Origin: Acidimicrobiales bacterium
GTDB taxonomy: Bacteria > Actinomycetota > Actinomycetes > Mycobacteriales > QHCE01
Length of the DNA stretch: 63,557 bases
Direction: 5' to 3'
Assembly (NCBI GenBank): GCA_003243955.1
Contig: QHCE01000055.1
Location: forward strand, 1-63,557
Below, one piece after another: positions 61,704 through 63,557 of the stretch. Within the stretch, counting starts at the first letter, position 1, and each line of letters starts with the position of its first letter. The notes under the pieces were generated by a model. The model ran no database searches, was not told the DNA's origin, and saw only the letters and a list, made by a program, of their open reading frames with translations. Made by a program: the position numbers and the translations under genes.

Positions 61704-61940
61704 GTCCATAAGGTTCGACATCATGATTAAGCTCACTTCGTTGGGGGTGTACACCCAACTTAGGTTCGCGGTGACCGCCTGCGATAGGTCGAGCGCGGTA
61801 AAGTAACCTGTTGCGCCATCACGTTGCATCCGAAAGGACGACGTGACACACGTTTCGATGGATGTGTGCGTCGTTGCTCCGCGTGTCTGATTCATCGTGG
61901 TGCTCGGCTGCTAGTTCCGATTGGTGATAAAGGTTTGTAT

Positions 61941-62537
61941 ATGAGCGCTGACTCGAATGTTCGATCGCTGCACGTGGCGCAGTCCGAGGCGCCGTTGGTC
62001 GGAGTGATCATGGGTAGCGACTCTGATCTATCCACAATGTCGGCTGCGGCCGATGCCCTGGAAGAGTTCGGGATACCGCACGAGGTGAGGGTGGTCTCAG
62101 CTCACCGGACACCTCGGGCGATGCTCGAATACGCCGAAGGTGCCGCGGCGCGCGGGCTACGCGTCATCATCGCCGGGGCTGGAGGGGCGGCTCACTTGCC
62201 AGGCATGGTGGCGGCGGCAACTGTGCTGCCGGTGATTGGTGTACCAGTGCCGCTGACGTATCTGGACGGGATGGATTCGCTGTTGTCCATTGTGCAGATG
62301 CCGGCTGGGGTTCCGGTGGCTACCGTGAGCATCGCGGGGGCGCGTAACGCTGGTCTGCTCGCGGTGCGAATCTTGGCTAGCTCGCCTGACGCTATCGGTA
62401 CGCAACTTCGTCGACAGATGCACGACTTCCAAGAGTCGCTTGCCGACGTGTCAAACGGCAAAGCAACCGGCAAGGTGGGCTTTAAGCCAGCCCGCACGAT
62501 AGCTAAGAAAAGCGCCGTGCTGCGCACGAGTTCGTAG
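61941..62537 (+). CDS. purE: N5-CAIR mutase
   Basis: [35 protein letters not shown]. Confidence 0.97.
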   Translation: MSADSNVRSLHVAQSEAPLVGVIMGSDSDLSTMSAAADALEEFGIPHEVRVVSAHRTPRAMLEYAEGAAARGLRVIIAGAGGAAHLPGMVAAATVLPVIGVPVPLTYLDGMDSLLSIVQMPAGVPVATVSIAGARNAGLLAVRILASSPDAIGTQLRRQMHDFQESLADVSNGKATGKVGFKPARTIAKKSAVLRTSS

Positions 62538-62639
62538 AGCGTCACCAACTGGGTTCTGCCAAGGCCGCAGGAGCCGCCGCCTACGAGAAAAGTAGGCAAG
62601 GCGACGAGAACGCCGGCAGGGACCAGTTGGTGACGCTCT
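62536..62639 (-). repeat. ~100-bp structured dispersed element, copy 4
   Basis: 17-bp perfect terminal IR agagcgtcaccaactgg / ccagttggtgacgctct; fills the gap between two convergent stop codons. Confidence 0.88.
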
Positions 62640-63557
62640 TACTCCATTTTTCGGATGGCGCCGACTAGCCGCCGCACATCACGCCGTCCGCGTTCGTAGC
62701 CGGCACCAACGACCAGCAGTGTGGCACCAGCAACGGCAAGTGGCACCCAGACTGGGAGCTCCGCGGTGATCCGGGGGAGCAGCGGGGATCCGACCCGTGC
62801 CGCGACGGCGGCTACGGTGAGCACGCCCAGTATGAATGGTGCTTGTCGCCCACTGATCGCTCCGAGGCCGATAAGTAGCAGCGCCACCGTTCCAAGGATG
62901 AGCGCTCGCAGCGGCTCGGATGAGCCAAACAGCACTACGGCCAACGTCGGCACGATTCCCATCAGTAGTGCGGGCCCGAAAGTGACCCACGATGATTTCT
63001 CAGGCTTATTCCGCTGAGAGAGCAGCCCGACGAGCACCAGCGCCAGCGCGAGTGGAATGGTGTAGCCCTCGACGGTATGTATCTGGGCCGCTCGAAGCCA
63101 CAGCCCCACGGCCAATACCCCAAGGCCGAGCGCCCACCAGATGGCCGCTCGCCGGGACTCGCGTAGTGCGATCGCGGCAAGCAGCGCCGCCAAGATGGTG
63201 ACCATCAGGGCACACCCCAGCGGGCTTGTAAGCGAGAGCATGACCGCGACCAGCGCGCCGATCCCCGCGCTCACCTCCAAAGTAACGCTGTATGCGAGAG
63301 CCGCCGCCCAGCTGGTGGTAGCTATGGCTGTGGCGGTACCGATGAGCGCTACTACCCCAATCAACAGCAGGTAGGAGGCCAGCAGCTCGCCCCCGCCGAC
63401 GTAGGCCGTGATGGGTCCGGCGAGCGCCAGCAGCGCCAGCGAGCTCACCGCGGTGGAGCTCACTCGCACGGAACCGGACTTGGTCAGCGCTGCCACCGTC
63501 GCATACAGCACGACGATCGCGACTATGGTGGCGATCATGGTGCTGGGCGGCTGGGCG
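62639..63557 (-). CDS. Polytopic membrane protein, C-terminal part (SCO7613-like); starts beyond right edge
   Basis: Highly hydrophobic; VEGYTIP, SSWVTFGP, PVWVPLAVAG..GAGYE. Confidence 0.7.
   Translation of the reverse strand, partial: AQPPSTMIATIVAIVVLYATVAALTKSGSVRVSSTAVSSLALLALAGPITAYVGGGELLASYLLLIGVVALIGTATAIATTSWAAALAYSVTLEVSAGIGALVAVMLSLTSPLGCALMVTILAALLAAIALRESRRAAIWWALGLGVLAVGLWLRAAQIHTVEGYTIPLALALVLVGLLSQRNKPEKSSWVTFGPALLMGIVPTLAVVLFGSSEPLRALILGTVALLLIGLGAISGRQAPFILGVLTVAAVAARVGSPLLPRITAELPVWVPLAVAGATLLVVGAGYERGRRDVRRLVGAIRKME

Noticed and set aside
61704..61940. c-di-AMP (ydaO) riboswitch upstream of rpf
   Set aside because: Could not find the conserved motif elements by eye.

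Overview
High-GC actinobacterial chromosomal window. Left to right: (i) a decayed tRNA-Leu(TAG) accessory patch (XRE/DUF5753 regulator running off the left edge, duplicated tRNA 5' half, MFS remnant, PaaK-like ligase); (ii) a copper/envelope module in which a SigC-type ECF sigma lies between two operons, each with a GGGAAC-N17-CGACTA promoter (DoxX-DsbA-membrane protein; zf-HC2-CopCD-YcnI), followed by an uninterrupted but catalytically erased P1B-ATPase; (iii) the conserved core block gltX...glmS-acpS-nnr-alr-tsaE-tsaB-rimI-tsaD-groES-sigD-rsdA-guaB-guaB3...guaA, here without groEL1/whiB3; (iv) the best candidate for an undescribed system: a ~19 kb cluster between guaB3 and guaA encoding an ICEBs1/pCW3-like (MPF-FA) type IV secretion machine (TcpC, small membrane protein, TcpE, VirB4, VirD4) with three diverged VirB6/ConG-like paralogues and a membrane protein with a degenerate NERD-like domain, but no recognisable relaxase, integrase, wall hydrolase or att repeats; (v) pssA/psd around a RelE-type TA pair, a collapsed two-component pseudogene, a synthetase-degenerate RelA/SpoT paralogue and purK-rpf-purE. 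Two dispersed non-coding repeat families stand out: five doublets of a 21-bp palindrome always separated by exactly 20 variable bases, and four ~100-bp elements whose stems co-vary, one translated in frame in rimI. All protein calls come from motif recognition by eye and gene order; no searches were run.
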